Shown one piece after another: positions 46,283-56,902 of a DNA stretch of 64,000 nucleotides; position 1 is the first letter of the stretch, and every line of letters starts with the position of its first letter. Below the pieces are notes generated by a model, which saw only the letters and a program-made list of their open reading frames with translations, was not told the origin of the DNA and did not search any database. The DNA comes from a virus. The DNA lies in the IMG/VR virus record IMGVR_UViG_3300050014_000899; one strand, given 5' to 3'. Both the position numbers and the translations under genes were made by a program.

Positions 46283-47112
46283 TTTTCAAAATTAAGAAGA
46301 TTGTTCTCTAGTTTTTCTTTTTGCTGGGTTGTAAATATTCCTTCTGTATATCTTGTCTGAAATATAACATCATCGAAATCACTTTGTTTAACTAATTCTA
46401 TTAGTTCACTAGGTTTCCCGTGAATGAAAGCGTCAGTATTAAAATCCTGAGTTATCTGAGGGTCTCCGAAATATATCGGTAAGGAACCAGCTAAGAAAGC
46501 ATCCATCAATTTTTCCGTGGTATATCCGGGGTATGGAGTATTTTCAAAAACGATGGCAAATTTATGAGTATGCTGTTTGAAAAATTCATCCTTAGTATCT
46601 CTCCAATATTTTCCTATAGATAATTTCTGCAATGAAAAATCATTACAAAGAACCTTACCATAGGAATGAACTCGTTTATACTCATTCAGTTGCTGGAAGA
46701 ATCCATTTCGCATCATATTATTAGGATTCGAAACAGTAAAAGAACAAAATCTTTCAAAATCTTCTAGGTTTAGTCTCAGTCGGTTATACAAACGATCTTT
46801 TAGTTCGGGCTTATTTAAAATATAAACCTGCCACAAAGGTAAGCGATAGTTTGTTTCACTATGAGGATCAAATGAAATGCTATAATTAGCACCAAACTGG
46901 CCGGGTCTCCAGTTTTCACCAAGATATAAAACTCTTTTCTTACAAGGAATTGTTTTAGCTTCTTTCATCCCGCCAAAGATAGAATGAAAAACAATATCCG
47001 GATGATTTTTATCTAAAACTAAGGTAAAGTGTTTTGAAAGAATAGGGGAGATGAAGTTTTCATCATTCCACTCTGGCCAAAAGTCAGAGAACCAAATTTT
47101 TAAAGTATCCAT
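46255..47112 (-). CDS. alpha-1,3-fucosyltransferase (GT10)
   Basis: FCSFTVSN; KFAIVFENTPYPGYTTEKLMDAF..SLPIYFG. Confidence 0.88.
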   Translation of the reverse strand: MDTLKIWFSDFWPEWNDENFISPILSKHFTLVLDKNHPDIVFHSIFGGMKEAKTIPCKKRVLYLGENWRPGQFGANYSISFDPHSETNYRLPLWQVYILNKPELKDRLYNRLRLNLEDFERFCSFTVSNPNNMMRNGFFQQLNEYKRVHSYGKVLCNDFSLQKLSIGKYWRDTKDEFFKQHTHKFAIVFENTPYPGYTTEKLMDAFLAGSLPIYFGDPQITQDFNTDAFIHGKPSELIELVKQSDFDDVIFQTRYTEGIFTTQQKEKLENNLLNFEKWLVQIVNK

Positions 47113-47843
47113 TATTCGTAGTCGTTTTCGTTTATACCTAACATAAAAATATTGCCTCCTTGACCGGGGGCTAAATCGTAGTTCTTATTTTCCCCTCTTA
47201 TATTTGAAGTTAAAGATTTTGTGGGAATTACAAGTGGAGGACTTGCAATGTAGAAATTGAATCCTTCATGAGTCATCATGTGATGAGTAATAGAATCTGC
47301 AATCATGGGTTGTGCATCCGCAATAGCAATATATCTTTCCATTGCTCTTCGATTCATCCCATAAGCTAAAATAGACCAGGAAGCAAATCCTTTTGTCCAT
47401 CTTGCTTGAACTCTTATGTTTTGTGGTTCTAAATTTCCCATATAGGAATAAAGAAGCACCCCATCTTGATCTTTAGGGAGTGTATCAAAATACTTTTGAA
47501 CCTTTGTATCCCAATCTTTATGGAATGCACAGTCATCTTCAAAAATAAAAATGCTAGAACAATCTTCCAGTAAAGCAGTTTTAATTACATGATAATGAGA
47601 TTGCATTGCCCCAAATTCATTTGGAAATTTAGAATTGAAACGTACTTTTCTTCCGTCTGGACTATTATACTTCTGATTATAAGTTTCTAAAAGTCTAGCT
47701 GCATATCCAGGAACAACGGGATGAAAGAATTCAGCATCAATGTCATGCTTCTCAAATTGAGCAATCATATAGTCGAATTTGTCGCCTCGCTCTAAAAGAT
47801 TGATGCAGACAACTTTATCATATATTGCGTTAATTGTTCTCAC
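47112..47843 (-). CDS. GT25-like glycosyltransferase
   Basis: CINLLER; GAMQSH; IFEDD. Confidence 0.8.
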   Translation of the reverse strand: MRTINAIYDKVVCINLLERGDKFDYMIAQFEKHDIDAEFFHPVVPGYAARLLETYNQKYNSPDGRKVRFNSKFPNEFGAMQSHYHVIKTALLEDCSSIFIFEDDCAFHKDWDTKVQKYFDTLPKDQDGVLLYSYMGNLEPQNIRVQARWTKGFASWSILAYGMNRRAMERYIAIADAQPMIADSITHHMMTHEGFNFYIASPPLVIPTKSLTSNIRGENKNYDLAPGQGGNIFMLGINENDYE

Positions 47844-48443
47844 GGTTTAAAATTTTAATGATTTTTTCTTCAAGCCAAAAAATATAAGACGGATCATAGA
47901 CTGTTCTAATGACCCAGTTATAATACTTATTCCATCCCCTTTTATACCAGGATTTGCATTTAGATGTATAAGTTGGAGCAATGTGATTTTCAAATTGATA
48001 ATCTCTTTGTAATGAATGCCCTCCAGCTTTTTCTTCCAACCATTGACCATATTCCGAAGTTGGATAATCTGTTTCATCCCAAATTTTTACTCTCCATTGA
48101 TCAGGATCCCAAAACGGTAAGCTAGCGGTATCCATGTGAAATTTAATTCTTAAATCGCGTTCTGTTGTCATTTATTTTCGTTTAAAATAGTTCCTACTTT
48201 AGCTTTAGCTCTGTCTAAAATCTCGTAAGGACCTTCCGCAGAAGTATCCAGATATTCAAAAACTTGCTCTTCTGATACTAATTTATAAGATTCCGGGTCA
48301 ACTACCAACTTAAAGCAGGTAACCTTATAATCGTTATTTCCTGGGAAATAATCCATCTTAATTCTGTGTCCTCTAAACAATCTTTCCATGCTTATTATAT
48401 TGAGTATCATAAAATAGTTTCACAAAAAAAGGGAAATAATTCC

Positions 48444-48932
48444 CTATTTTTCTTCTTCTGAGCGATTAGAATCACATTTATCTAATAATTCTGTGAATAA
48501 CGTGTGAAATAATATGGGATCCTTAAAAATAGTTCTTGTAAATTCACCCCAAAACTTAAGTAGGTCATGAGTATCAATTTCATCACCATTTTCGGCCGTT
48601 TTTGTGATGATATTTTTGAAAAAAGATCGTGTAGTAGGGGTGTGAAGCCAATCGTTTTTTCCAGTTTTATAATCTTCTCCAAAAGACTCCTCTAGAGCCT
48701 CGCTAAGATTTTTATCAAAGAATATTTCTTTATTTCCTTGACGACTGGTATATGCATATTTATGGGCAATTTTTTGAATAGAATCTTTAACTTCCCATAT
48801 TTCGTCATCTCCAATACCTTTTTCCTGTAGTTTAGTTTTGATAACTTCTACTTCCCCGATCCCTAAATGTTTTATCGGGTCTTCTGAACGTAAAAAACCC
48901 TGGTCGCCCAGGGATTCTTTAACTATTTTCAT
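48444..48932 (-). CDS. putative internal head protein
   Basis: MKIVKESL followed by FLRSEDPIKHLGIG motif. Confidence 0.55.
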   Translation of the reverse strand: MKIVKESLGDQGFLRSEDPIKHLGIGEVEVIKTKLQEKGIGDDEIWEVKDSIQKIAHKYAYTSRQGNKEIFFDKNLSEALEESFGEDYKTGKNDWLHTPTTRSFFKNIITKTAENGDEIDTHDLLKFWGEFTRTIFKDPILFHTLFTELLDKCDSNRSEEEK

Positions 48933-48935
48933 TTG

Positions 48936-49928
48936 TTAGGCTTTCATGAATTGATCAAGCTTTGCTCTCTTTGCCTGTCTCATTTTTTCTCGAGCGGCTA
49001 ATTCAGTTTCCTTTTTCTTTTCGTCCTGAGCTTGTTTGAATTTAAGTATTTGTTCTTTCATAGATCCTTTGAATGCGTTCTCAAAGAAATCTTTAAATTG
49101 TTCAATAACGGTAGTGCTATCAGTTCTGAAAACTTCTTCTCTTTCTTCACCGCTCATATTGTAAACTACGAAACATTCGCTGGTTCCTTCTTCCTCTTTG
49201 AAATCCATTTCTGGATCCTCTGATGTTTCTTCCCCAGTTTCTTTCCCGCCTTCAGGATCTTCTTCTGGATTTTCTTCAGGTATTTCTGGACTTTCTTCTC
49301 CATCAAGTGAAGGTTCTTCTATAGGATTTTCATCTGAAGGTTCTGGAGGAGCATCTTCTGCACCTATTTTTGGATCTTCATCCGAGGGTTCATCAAAATC
49401 AAGATTTAAATCATCAGCTTCATTTAAACTCTCCTTAACTAAAGGTTTTTCTGTTTTCTCTTCCTCTTCATGTTCTTCTTCCTCTTCTTCAGGGGTTTCT
49501 TCAGTTTCTTCTTCGGCGGTTTCGGCAGATTCTTCACCAGGTTCACTAGTATCTCCGTCTTTATCAACGTCTTCAATTTCGGCATTAATTTCTTCATCAC
49601 TGATAGCTTCATCCGGAAGCATTAAAACTGCAGCTACATAATCGCTATCGAACATTTTATAAACTTGTCCTTGTTCTTCGAAGCTTTCTTTAGCTTTTTT
49701 ATTCTCTTCCCAGAATTCTTTATATTTGATGATCTTATCACCAGCAGCGGATTTAAACCTTTCAAGGTTGTCCTGAAGTTTTTTAACTACTTCTGCACCT
49801 TCTTTGGCGTCTTCGTCTTTCATTTTTTGCTCATCTTTGGAGATCTTTTCGGCTCTTTTGCCTTCTAGCATTGAAAAGAATTGGAAATCCTGAAATTTAC
49901 CTAAGGTTTCATGTAACATTTTTGCCAT
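48936..49928 (-). CDS. highly acidic protein, possible head/core component
   Basis: E/D/P-rich; LVKESLNEA; likely start MAKMLHE after ATATAT motif. Confidence 0.6.
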   Translation of the reverse strand: MAKMLHETLGKFQDFQFFSMLEGKRAEKISKDEQKMKDEDAKEGAEVVKKLQDNLERFKSAAGDKIIKYKEFWEENKKAKESFEEQGQVYKMFDSDYVAAVLMLPDEAISDEEINAEIEDVDKDGDTSEPGEESAETAEEETEETPEEEEEEHEEEEKTEKPLVKESLNEADDLNLDFDEPSDEDPKIGAEDAPPEPSDENPIEEPSLDGEESPEIPEENPEEDPEGGKETGEETSEDPEMDFKEEEGTSECFVVYNMSGEEREEVFRTDSTTVIEQFKDFFENAFKGSMKEQILKFKQAQDEKKKETELAAREKMRQAKRAKLDQFMKA

Positions 49929-50017
49929 GATCGTATCTTTTATTTTATATATCCAACCTAAAGCCCAATAGAACAACAAGTAAGTCTGAAACGTTTATGT
50001 GGCATGGGCCCAAAGAA

Positions 50018-50401
50018 TTATGAATTTTGTAAATATTTAATTGCATTTTGTAAAATTTCAATATCATCTTTTGCATATCCTAACAAAGCATTACAGTTAT
50101 TGCAAAGTAATCCCCTAACCTCATTAGTTTGATGATCATGATCAATTGATAAACTTTTTTTAAATTCGATTTGATGTTTACCACATATTTTACAACAACC
50201 ATTTTGAGAAGTAAACTTTTCATTATACTCAACTATTGTAAGATTATATGATTTGCATCGGAGATTTAAAGAATATGTTTTGCCATTTTCGGTTTTTTTC
50301 CATTTTAATTTGGCTTTAGCATATGCTTTTTTACCTTTTTCTGATTGTCGGTATTTTTTATTAATTTCTTTTTGTTTTTTCTTTTCTTCTTCCGATTTCA
50401 T
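50018..50401 (-). CDS. endonuclease VII-type homing endonuclease
   Basis: QNGCCKIC; IDHDH..VRGLLCNNCN..LG. Confidence 0.9.
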   Translation of the reverse strand: MKSEEEKKKQKEINKKYRQSEKGKKAYAKAKLKWKKTENGKTYSLNLRCKSYNLTIVEYNEKFTSQNGCCKICGKHQIEFKKSLSIDHDHQTNEVRGLLCNNCNALLGYAKDDIEILQNAIKYLQNS

Positions 50402-50486
50402 AAGTTTAATTTATAAAATATATATTTAGGAATAACATGAGCATGAGAACAAATTTGTAGATATATATAAAAAAATGTCATAGATT

Positions 50487-51284
50487 ATGAAATTTACTCA
50501 ATTTCTTGAGCTTGAAAAGCTTTCCGAGACTAAAAATACCCCAGTAAGAAAACTTATTGAAACTGCTGAAATAGCTACCCCGGGTCCTATTAATGAAGCA
50601 GATCCTGAACCCGGTGCCGAAGATAAATTGGACACCAAAAAAGGAAACATCGTTACCAAAAAAGGCAGGATGAGAATGGCTTTAAACAAACAAGCCAAGA
50701 AAATGCAAGATGGACTTAATAAAGATCTAGGCGAAAAATTTATAAAGCCTCTTATTGATCAAAAAGTTAAGGTTTATCAAAAGATGGCTGAAGTTGGCAA
50801 AGGAAAACAGCCAAAAGATATTCTTAAAGCTTTACAGGGGGATCTTAAAAATGTTAAAGCTACCACTGACAAACAAATAGGTCTTATTGAAAAGACTGCT
50901 CAGGGAATTGTTGATAACTATGCTAAGAAAATTGAATCAGCTCTTCAGAAAAAGGGATTCAAAGAAACTTCTTTAGCGGATCTTCAGTCATACTGGACTC
51001 TTTTATCCGCTCAGGTTATGAACAACGTACTTGCCAGGTTAGCTAAACTTGACGATGAAACAGTTGCTAAAACCATTCAGGATAAAGGAATTCTTAATGC
51101 TGCCAAGATAATAAATAAACAAATTCTTAATAAAGGATTAGCTGGTGAACTTGCTAAGAAAGATGGCAAAATCAAGGAATTAAAAGCTCAGGTTAAAAAG
51201 AGCATTGATGCAGAAAAGAATGAACCCGAAGAAAAACCCGCTGAAACACCAGCTGAAAAACCTGCAGAAGAAACCAAAGTATAA
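50487..51284 (+). CDS. late helical protein, probable virion component
   Basis: ATATATA promoter; MKFTQFLE..INEA. Confidence 0.6.
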   Translation: MKFTQFLELEKLSETKNTPVRKLIETAEIATPGPINEADPEPGAEDKLDTKKGNIVTKKGRMRMALNKQAKKMQDGLNKDLGEKFIKPLIDQKVKVYQKMAEVGKGKQPKDILKALQGDLKNVKATTDKQIGLIEKTAQGIVDNYAKKIESALQKKGFKETSLADLQSYWTLLSAQVMNNVLARLAKLDDETVAKTIQDKGILNAAKIINKQILNKGLAGELAKKDGKIKELKAQVKKSIDAEKNEPEEKPAETPAEKPAEETKV

Positions 51285-51300
51285 CAAAATAAAGTAGCTA

Positions 51301-52800
51301 ATGACCACTTACCTATCAATAGTAATTGAAAAAGAATTGGATGATATTGTATTTGAAGAATATGGATACACTTATCATGAAGGATTTGAATTGAATGAAG
51401 CTAAGGATGACGATGGAAAATATGAAACCCCAGTTAACAGGGGTTTATCTTTCCCAGCCAGAGCTATTCGTTACAAAAAAGCCAAGAACATCATGGCTAG
51501 ATATGCTAAGAAGATTATAAAGAAATCGGAAGGCATCATTGAAAAATTCGAATCTGAATTAAATAAGTCTATTGTCCAGATTAAGAAAAGAGGACTTGAG
51601 CTTACAAAACAACTTGAAAAAGCTAGAGCAGCTGGGAATGAAACAGAGGAAAAAGCAGCGATCAACCAACAAAAGAAATTCAAATCGGATGTTGAGTTAA
51701 ACCAAGCAGCAAGAATTCAAAATCTAAATCAATCAGTCGATAATCTTATTGGTGCTTACACTAATGGTATTAATAAAAGAATAGACGAACCCGGATATGT
51801 TCTTAAAGTAGAACTATCAGATAAAGGTAAAGCCGATCTTAAATTCTTCTGGGAAGAACATGTAGCTCTTATCCGTCAGCAAATTTATGAGAAACTCATT
51901 AAAATTATCAATCATAAGAATGTCAAGGGCCTCGAAACTCTTATTGCTAAATTGGAAGTAGAGATTGAAGATGCTGAAGACAAAAGAATGGTAGTTCGAA
52001 GATCCCGTCAAGGAATTTATCGAGATGATAAAAAAGAAGCTCTGCAAAAACAAAGGGACCAGATGAGGGGAGGTAAAAATAAAGTTGAAGGCGGGTTAGA
52101 AGAACCCGAACAACATAAACCCGAAACTGAAGGACCTAAGAATATTCAAGTAGCGGGGGAGCATGTTTTATCTGATGAAGATTTTGATAAACTCTATAAA
52201 TTTTTAGATGAAGATTTGCCGGAAGGAATCCAAAAAGAGAATGAACCTTATCGAGTTTCATACAAGGATAAAGAAATATTACATTCTTATGATGCTTACC
52301 TTCAAATAAAGAAAGATACCAAAGAAATAATGGTAGCTCTTTATAAAATTGATCAGGTTCCGGAAGACGATGAAGCTCTAAAGGAATTTGCTATTGACGA
52401 TATGGAACAAGCAGAAAATTTTGTGGATGCAGTAGAAGCAGGAGAAGAAGCTAGGGGATTTGAAGAGAAAGATGTCAAAGCTGAAAAGTATGCTGAAGTT
52501 ATCTCAGATTATCTTGAAATTCTATTCAAAACCAAGAAAAAACGTATTGTAGATTCATTTTCTTATGGATTCTATAATGATTTCAAAGGAGCTCAAAGAA
52601 TTCAAGACTTTTCTCATTATATGGCATCAGAAATATTGGATAACCCTAAACATTATGCCAAATTTTTAAAACTTCTTCAGAATGAAAGCTTTACGGATCA
52701 GCAATTGATTCTTCTTATGCTTAAATTCAAGGAGGGATATGAAAAGAGCTTAAAAGAAAGCTTCTTCTCGCTAAGAGATTATGTTAAACATCATTTATAA
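51301..52800 (+). CDS. large helical protein, probable virion component
   Basis: LNEA motif; co-transcribed with 50487. Confidence 0.6.
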   Translation: MTTYLSIVIEKELDDIVFEEYGYTYHEGFELNEAKDDDGKYETPVNRGLSFPARAIRYKKAKNIMARYAKKIIKKSEGIIEKFESELNKSIVQIKKRGLELTKQLEKARAAGNETEEKAAINQQKKFKSDVELNQAARIQNLNQSVDNLIGAYTNGINKRIDEPGYVLKVELSDKGKADLKFFWEEHVALIRQQIYEKLIKIINHKNVKGLETLIAKLEVEIEDAEDKRMVVRRSRQGIYRDDKKEALQKQRDQMRGGKNKVEGGLEEPEQHKPETEGPKNIQVAGEHVLSDEDFDKLYKFLDEDLPEGIQKENEPYRVSYKDKEILHSYDAYLQIKKDTKEIMVALYKIDQVPEDDEALKEFAIDDMEQAENFVDAVEAGEEARGFEEKDVKAEKYAEVISDYLEILFKTKKKRIVDSFSYGFYNDFKGAQRIQDFSHYMASEILDNPKHYAKFLKLLQNESFTDQQLILLMLKFKEGYEKSLKESFFSLRDYVKHHL

Positions 52801-52803
52801 GAT

Positions 52804-53511
52804 ATGGACGAAAACAAAATACCCAAATTAGAAGATTTTAAAAATTCTGCTATCAAAGAAGATTTTTATAATCCTTTTACAGAAGACGAAGAATTAGCAG
52901 CAAAGAAACCTAAACATGTTGCTGACTATGGCGGAGCTTTTCAACCAAGGAAAGAAACATTTAACCTAGGCCGTGTTGAATACTCAAAACGCCCTGGAGG
53001 AGATTATACTATGCTTGGAAAAACCCAGTTCGCCAAAGGTGAAATTGTTGAGGTTTGTCCCGTGATATTAGTTTCCGATTTAGCTAAAACTATTGACAGG
53101 TTAAAGGATATTATCTTTGAACTTGACAAAGCTAAAAATCAGTGGGGTTTAATCTTAGGATACGGATCTTTATACAGACATTCGCAAACTCCTAACCTTA
53201 CTTATGGCTATAACCCTAAAAACAAACAAATGTATTTCACCACGAATCGTTATATCAAACTTGGTGAGGAACTTACAATAGATTACGGAACAGACTACTG
53301 GGCAGAAAGAACTAATTTCAATACGATGGCTGAAATTCCGAATGTAAATAAAGATACTACCCCTGTAGCTAAACCTGAAAATGAAAGCATGGTTCAACCA
53401 AACTCTGCAGACATTGACCAGAAAAAATCAGGAGTAATGTTCAATGATCCTAATAGTAAACAAAATCCTGCTCGTACCGGCGTTGCAATGCAAGGGGTTG
53501 GGCAATCATAA
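52804..53511 (+). CDS. SET-domain protein
   Basis: KGEIVEVCP; GYGSLYRHSQTPN; IKLGEELTIDYG..YW. Confidence 0.85.
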   Translation: MDENKIPKLEDFKNSAIKEDFYNPFTEDEELAAKKPKHVADYGGAFQPRKETFNLGRVEYSKRPGGDYTMLGKTQFAKGEIVEVCPVILVSDLAKTIDRLKDIIFELDKAKNQWGLILGYGSLYRHSQTPNLTYGYNPKNKQMYFTTNRYIKLGEELTIDYGTDYWAERTNFNTMAEIPNVNKDTTPVAKPENESMVQPNSADIDQKKSGVMFNDPNSKQNPARTGVAMQGVGQS

Positions 53512-54182
53512 ACCTAAAAACCATGACATATATTGATCTTCTAAGAATTTCTTTATTAGAAAAAGACGGCGAAATAAAAACAGATGAAGGTGAAGTAAAA
53601 TCCACCTGCGTTTGTAAATCCACGGCTGTATTTCGTTTTAATGAATATGTTGAAACCACATTTCCTGGAGCTAATGATGAGGAAAGAGAAGCAATTCTTA
53701 GCGGAGTTTCGGATAAGATCCTACATGATTTGATGGAACAAACATCAGCAGAATATAATCATGTTGGAATTTGGCTAACTATATCGGGAGTTGTGATTGA
53801 AAATAGCATAGATCTTCCGGGTTTAAAAGCTATTGAAGAATTCGCACCAGATACAGAGATTGTTCCAATCTACGAATTTATAAAAATGACTTTGAAGCAA
53901 CCATGAGCGATATTGGGCAATTCGATGAATTGTATCTTATAAATCCAGAAGGAGAGCTTGTTAAAATGGGTGATAATGAACATCACCTAGAATATTTGCT
54001 GAGTTATTTTCCAGATGAAGAAAATTATGATGAAGAATTCTGGGATTTTGTTTTTGAAGAAGGATGGATTCGTATTGAACTCAAAAAGAATCATCGTGAT
54101 GGCTGGGATTTATCTTTGAACGGCGAAAGCTTATCCAAGATGAAAAAAGCTGTCAGAGATAATTTTCTAAGTAGAGTAAAAC

Positions 54183-54791
54183 ATGGAGAAAACAAGGTTC
54201 ACATTGTATGGGGAAAAAATGCATACCCATGGATGGGCTAATTATGGTAAATCAATAAAAGGCAAAACAAGTGTAGAGATTTTCGGAAAAGAAAAATCCG
54301 ATAAAATAAAAGAAAAATTATCTTTTGCTTCTTCTGGAGAAAATAATCCAATGTATGGGAAACCCTCTCCAATGGGCTCTGGTAATGGATGGTCCGGATG
54401 GTACAAAGGATGGTATTTTAGAAGTTTGCATGAACTTTCTTATATGATAAATGTTATCGAAAGATTTAAATTAATTTGGAAAAGTGCAGAGAAAAAAGAA
54501 TTAAAAATATTTTATCATGATTTTAACGGAATTAACAAAACTTATCTTGCTGATTTTCTTATAAATGAAAAATATTTAGTAGAGATTAAACCTAAATCAT
54601 TACATAGTTCGAAAATAGTTCAATTAAAAAAAGAAGCAGCTTTAAAGTTTTGTGAAAATAATCACATGGTTTATAAATTATTGGACTCCCCTATTTTAAC
54701 AAAACAAAAAATTATTGAATTATATAAAACTAATCAAATTGAGTTTATAGAAAGATATAAATCAAGAGTTATAGATTATTTACAAATATAA
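54183..54791 (+). CDS. TnsA-like homing endonuclease (paralog of 25752), 5' end disturbed
   Basis: SSGENNPMYGKPSP.GSGNGWSGWYK..YFRSL.ELS. Confidence 0.7.
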   Translation: MEKTRFTLYGEKMHTHGWANYGKSIKGKTSVEIFGKEKSDKIKEKLSFASSGENNPMYGKPSPMGSGNGWSGWYKGWYFRSLHELSYMINVIERFKLIWKSAEKKELKIFYHDFNGINKTYLADFLINEKYLVEIKPKSLHSSKIVQLKKEAALKFCENNHMVYKLLDSPILTKQKIIELYKTNQIEFIERYKSRVIDYLQI

Positions 54792-54810
54792 ACATTTAAT
54801 ACACAATACG

Positions 54811-55749
54811 ATGATTGTGATAGAAGGGCCGGATTGCGCAGGTAAAAGTACACTGGTAGATCACATACGAAAGCATTCAAAAATAGGATTAGTTAAACCT
54901 TTCTATCCAAAACAGAACCAGCTTAGCTATTACATTCATTCCCCGGCTTATTATGCTAATTTTTATCTTGAACGGTATTATATTAGCGAGCTTGTTTATC
55001 CAGAATTTAAACCAGGTAGAGCAAAAATGGAGCCTTGGCATCAATATCTTATTGAAGCTGGGTTAATGCCGTTTGCTCCTGTAATACTTTATGTTCGCCC
55101 AACTAAGGAAACTATACTTGAAAACATGAAACGTCGAGGAGATGATTATGTTAACTTGGATGAAGTAGACTTAATGATTGAGACTTATGATAAAGTTGTA
55201 AAAAGATCCTATCTTCCTAGATTTGCTTTTGACTACAAAAAAACAAATTCTCCTTCAGAAATTATAGACTGGTTAGATTTTCTAGAAAACTATCATGAGG
55301 TTCTTCAAGATTCATCTCAGCCTTTACAAAAATTTCTTTCAACAGGTAATGGATCTGCAAGACCAATTATGTTTATTGGCGATATGCCAAGTGACAAATC
55401 AATTGGTAATGGATACATTAGAGCTTTTGCCAGTTATACAGGATCTTCGGAATTTTTCCATAAGTGTTTATTTAATGCTGGATATTATCCCGAAGCTCAA
55501 ATGCCTTACTTTACAAATTGGAACAAGTGTGAAAATAACGATCTCTTAAATATGAGAGCATTGGAAGAAGAACTTAAACTTGTAAATCCATGTGCTATTG
55601 TTTGTTTAGGAGAAAAGATTCGTAAAAAAGTTGGACAAGGGGAAACTATCTTCCATCCATCCTATATAAAGAGGTTTGGGAAAGAATTGGAATACGGAAA
55701 TTATATCAAACAATTAAAAGTCATTAAAAATCAAAATAAATCTAAATGA
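54811..55749 (+). CDS. dNMP kinase fused to a UDG-superfamily-like domain
   Basis: IEGPDCAGKST, LERYYISE; C-terminal IMFIGDMP..IVCLG..HPSY. Confidence 0.7.
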   Translation: MIVIEGPDCAGKSTLVDHIRKHSKIGLVKPFYPKQNQLSYYIHSPAYYANFYLERYYISELVYPEFKPGRAKMEPWHQYLIEAGLMPFAPVILYVRPTKETILENMKRRGDDYVNLDEVDLMIETYDKVVKRSYLPRFAFDYKKTNSPSEIIDWLDFLENYHEVLQDSSQPLQKFLSTGNGSARPIMFIGDMPSDKSIGNGYIRAFASYTGSSEFFHKCLFNAGYYPEAQMPYFTNWNKCENNDLLNMRALEEELKLVNPCAIVCLGEKIRKKVGQGETIFHPSYIKRFGKELEYGNYIKQLKVIKNQNKSK

Positions 55750-56516
55750 ACACACGCGATGAACTTAGAAGAGCTTTTGAAACTCTAAAAAATAAAGGAG
55801 AAGTTGCAATCTCGGAAAAATGGCAAGCTACAACTCCACCAGATGCTCTTTTTGAAATTATCAACTATAGCTTTAAAATAACCAAGATGCCTGAAAGCTC
55901 AGATGAGCTTAAAAGGGAAACAAAATGCGATTATCCTTGGTCAGAAAATCATTTTCAAGAAAGAATAGCGGGAGAACCAACAAATCCGGGTTATGAATAT
56001 TTAAATTGGCCTTATTATACTCCTGAAAAACACAATGGGGTTTTCAGAGCAGAAGGAGAAAATTATTTTTCTCACACTTATCAAGAAAGATTTTGGCCAG
56101 ATAAAACCCTTATAGGAACTGGTAAGATGGGATACCATTTAGGTGATTTCAATGATTTAATTACCAGAATAAAAAACGATCCAGGTGGAAGACAAGCTTT
56201 CTATGCTATTTGGCACCCACAGGATTCTGCAGAGAATGGAGTTCGTCTACCATGCACAATCGGTTATCATTTCTTAATCCGTAATGGCAAACTCAATATG
56301 TCCTATCTTATCAGAAGTTGCGATATTCGTCGTCACTTTAGAAACGATATGTACATGAGCATCAGACTTGGTCAGTATGTTAGAGATCAGGTTAAAGAAA
56401 AAGTGGATCCAAATTTAAAGATGGGAGAATTCTTCTGCTGGTTAGGTAGTTTACACTGCTGGAATGGAGAAAAAGCCATGTTGGATGCAGATATTGCAAA
56501 ATTTGATAGCTTCTAA
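55746..56516 (+). CDS. thymidylate synthase family, dCMP hydroxymethylase-like
   Basis: RQA; LPCT; RSCD...FRND; GSLH. Confidence 0.8.
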   Translation: MNTRDELRRAFETLKNKGEVAISEKWQATTPPDALFEIINYSFKITKMPESSDELKRETKCDYPWSENHFQERIAGEPTNPGYEYLNWPYYTPEKHNGVFRAEGENYFSHTYQERFWPDKTLIGTGKMGYHLGDFNDLITRIKNDPGGRQAFYAIWHPQDSAENGVRLPCTIGYHFLIRNGKLNMSYLIRSCDIRRHFRNDMYMSIRLGQYVRDQVKEKVDPNLKMGEFFCWLGSLHCWNGEKAMLDADIAKFDSF

Positions 56517-56902
56517 TATGAAAGCCCCTAATTTACACGGGATTGAACACGATTTAATCGATTTATCCATCGCAGTTGTAGGTAATGCCGAAATTGGATA
56601 TACCCTATTCATAAAAGAATATCCAGAACTAATTGTAGAAGGACATACGAAAACTGAGGGGATGATAAATCTAATGGCCGGATTTCATGATTTAATGAAA
56701 AATCATATTATACAATTTGCAGAATGAACAGATTAAGTAAAGAAGATTGGATTCTATATTGGGAACAAAGTAACGAGCACACTTGCTGCGATGTTTGCGA
56801 TAAAGTAGAGGATACAATCCATTTTAGCATATTAGGAAATGTTTATGTCCTTTGTAAAGATTGCGTAAAAGAATTAAACGACACCATAAATAGTAAAGAA
56901 TA

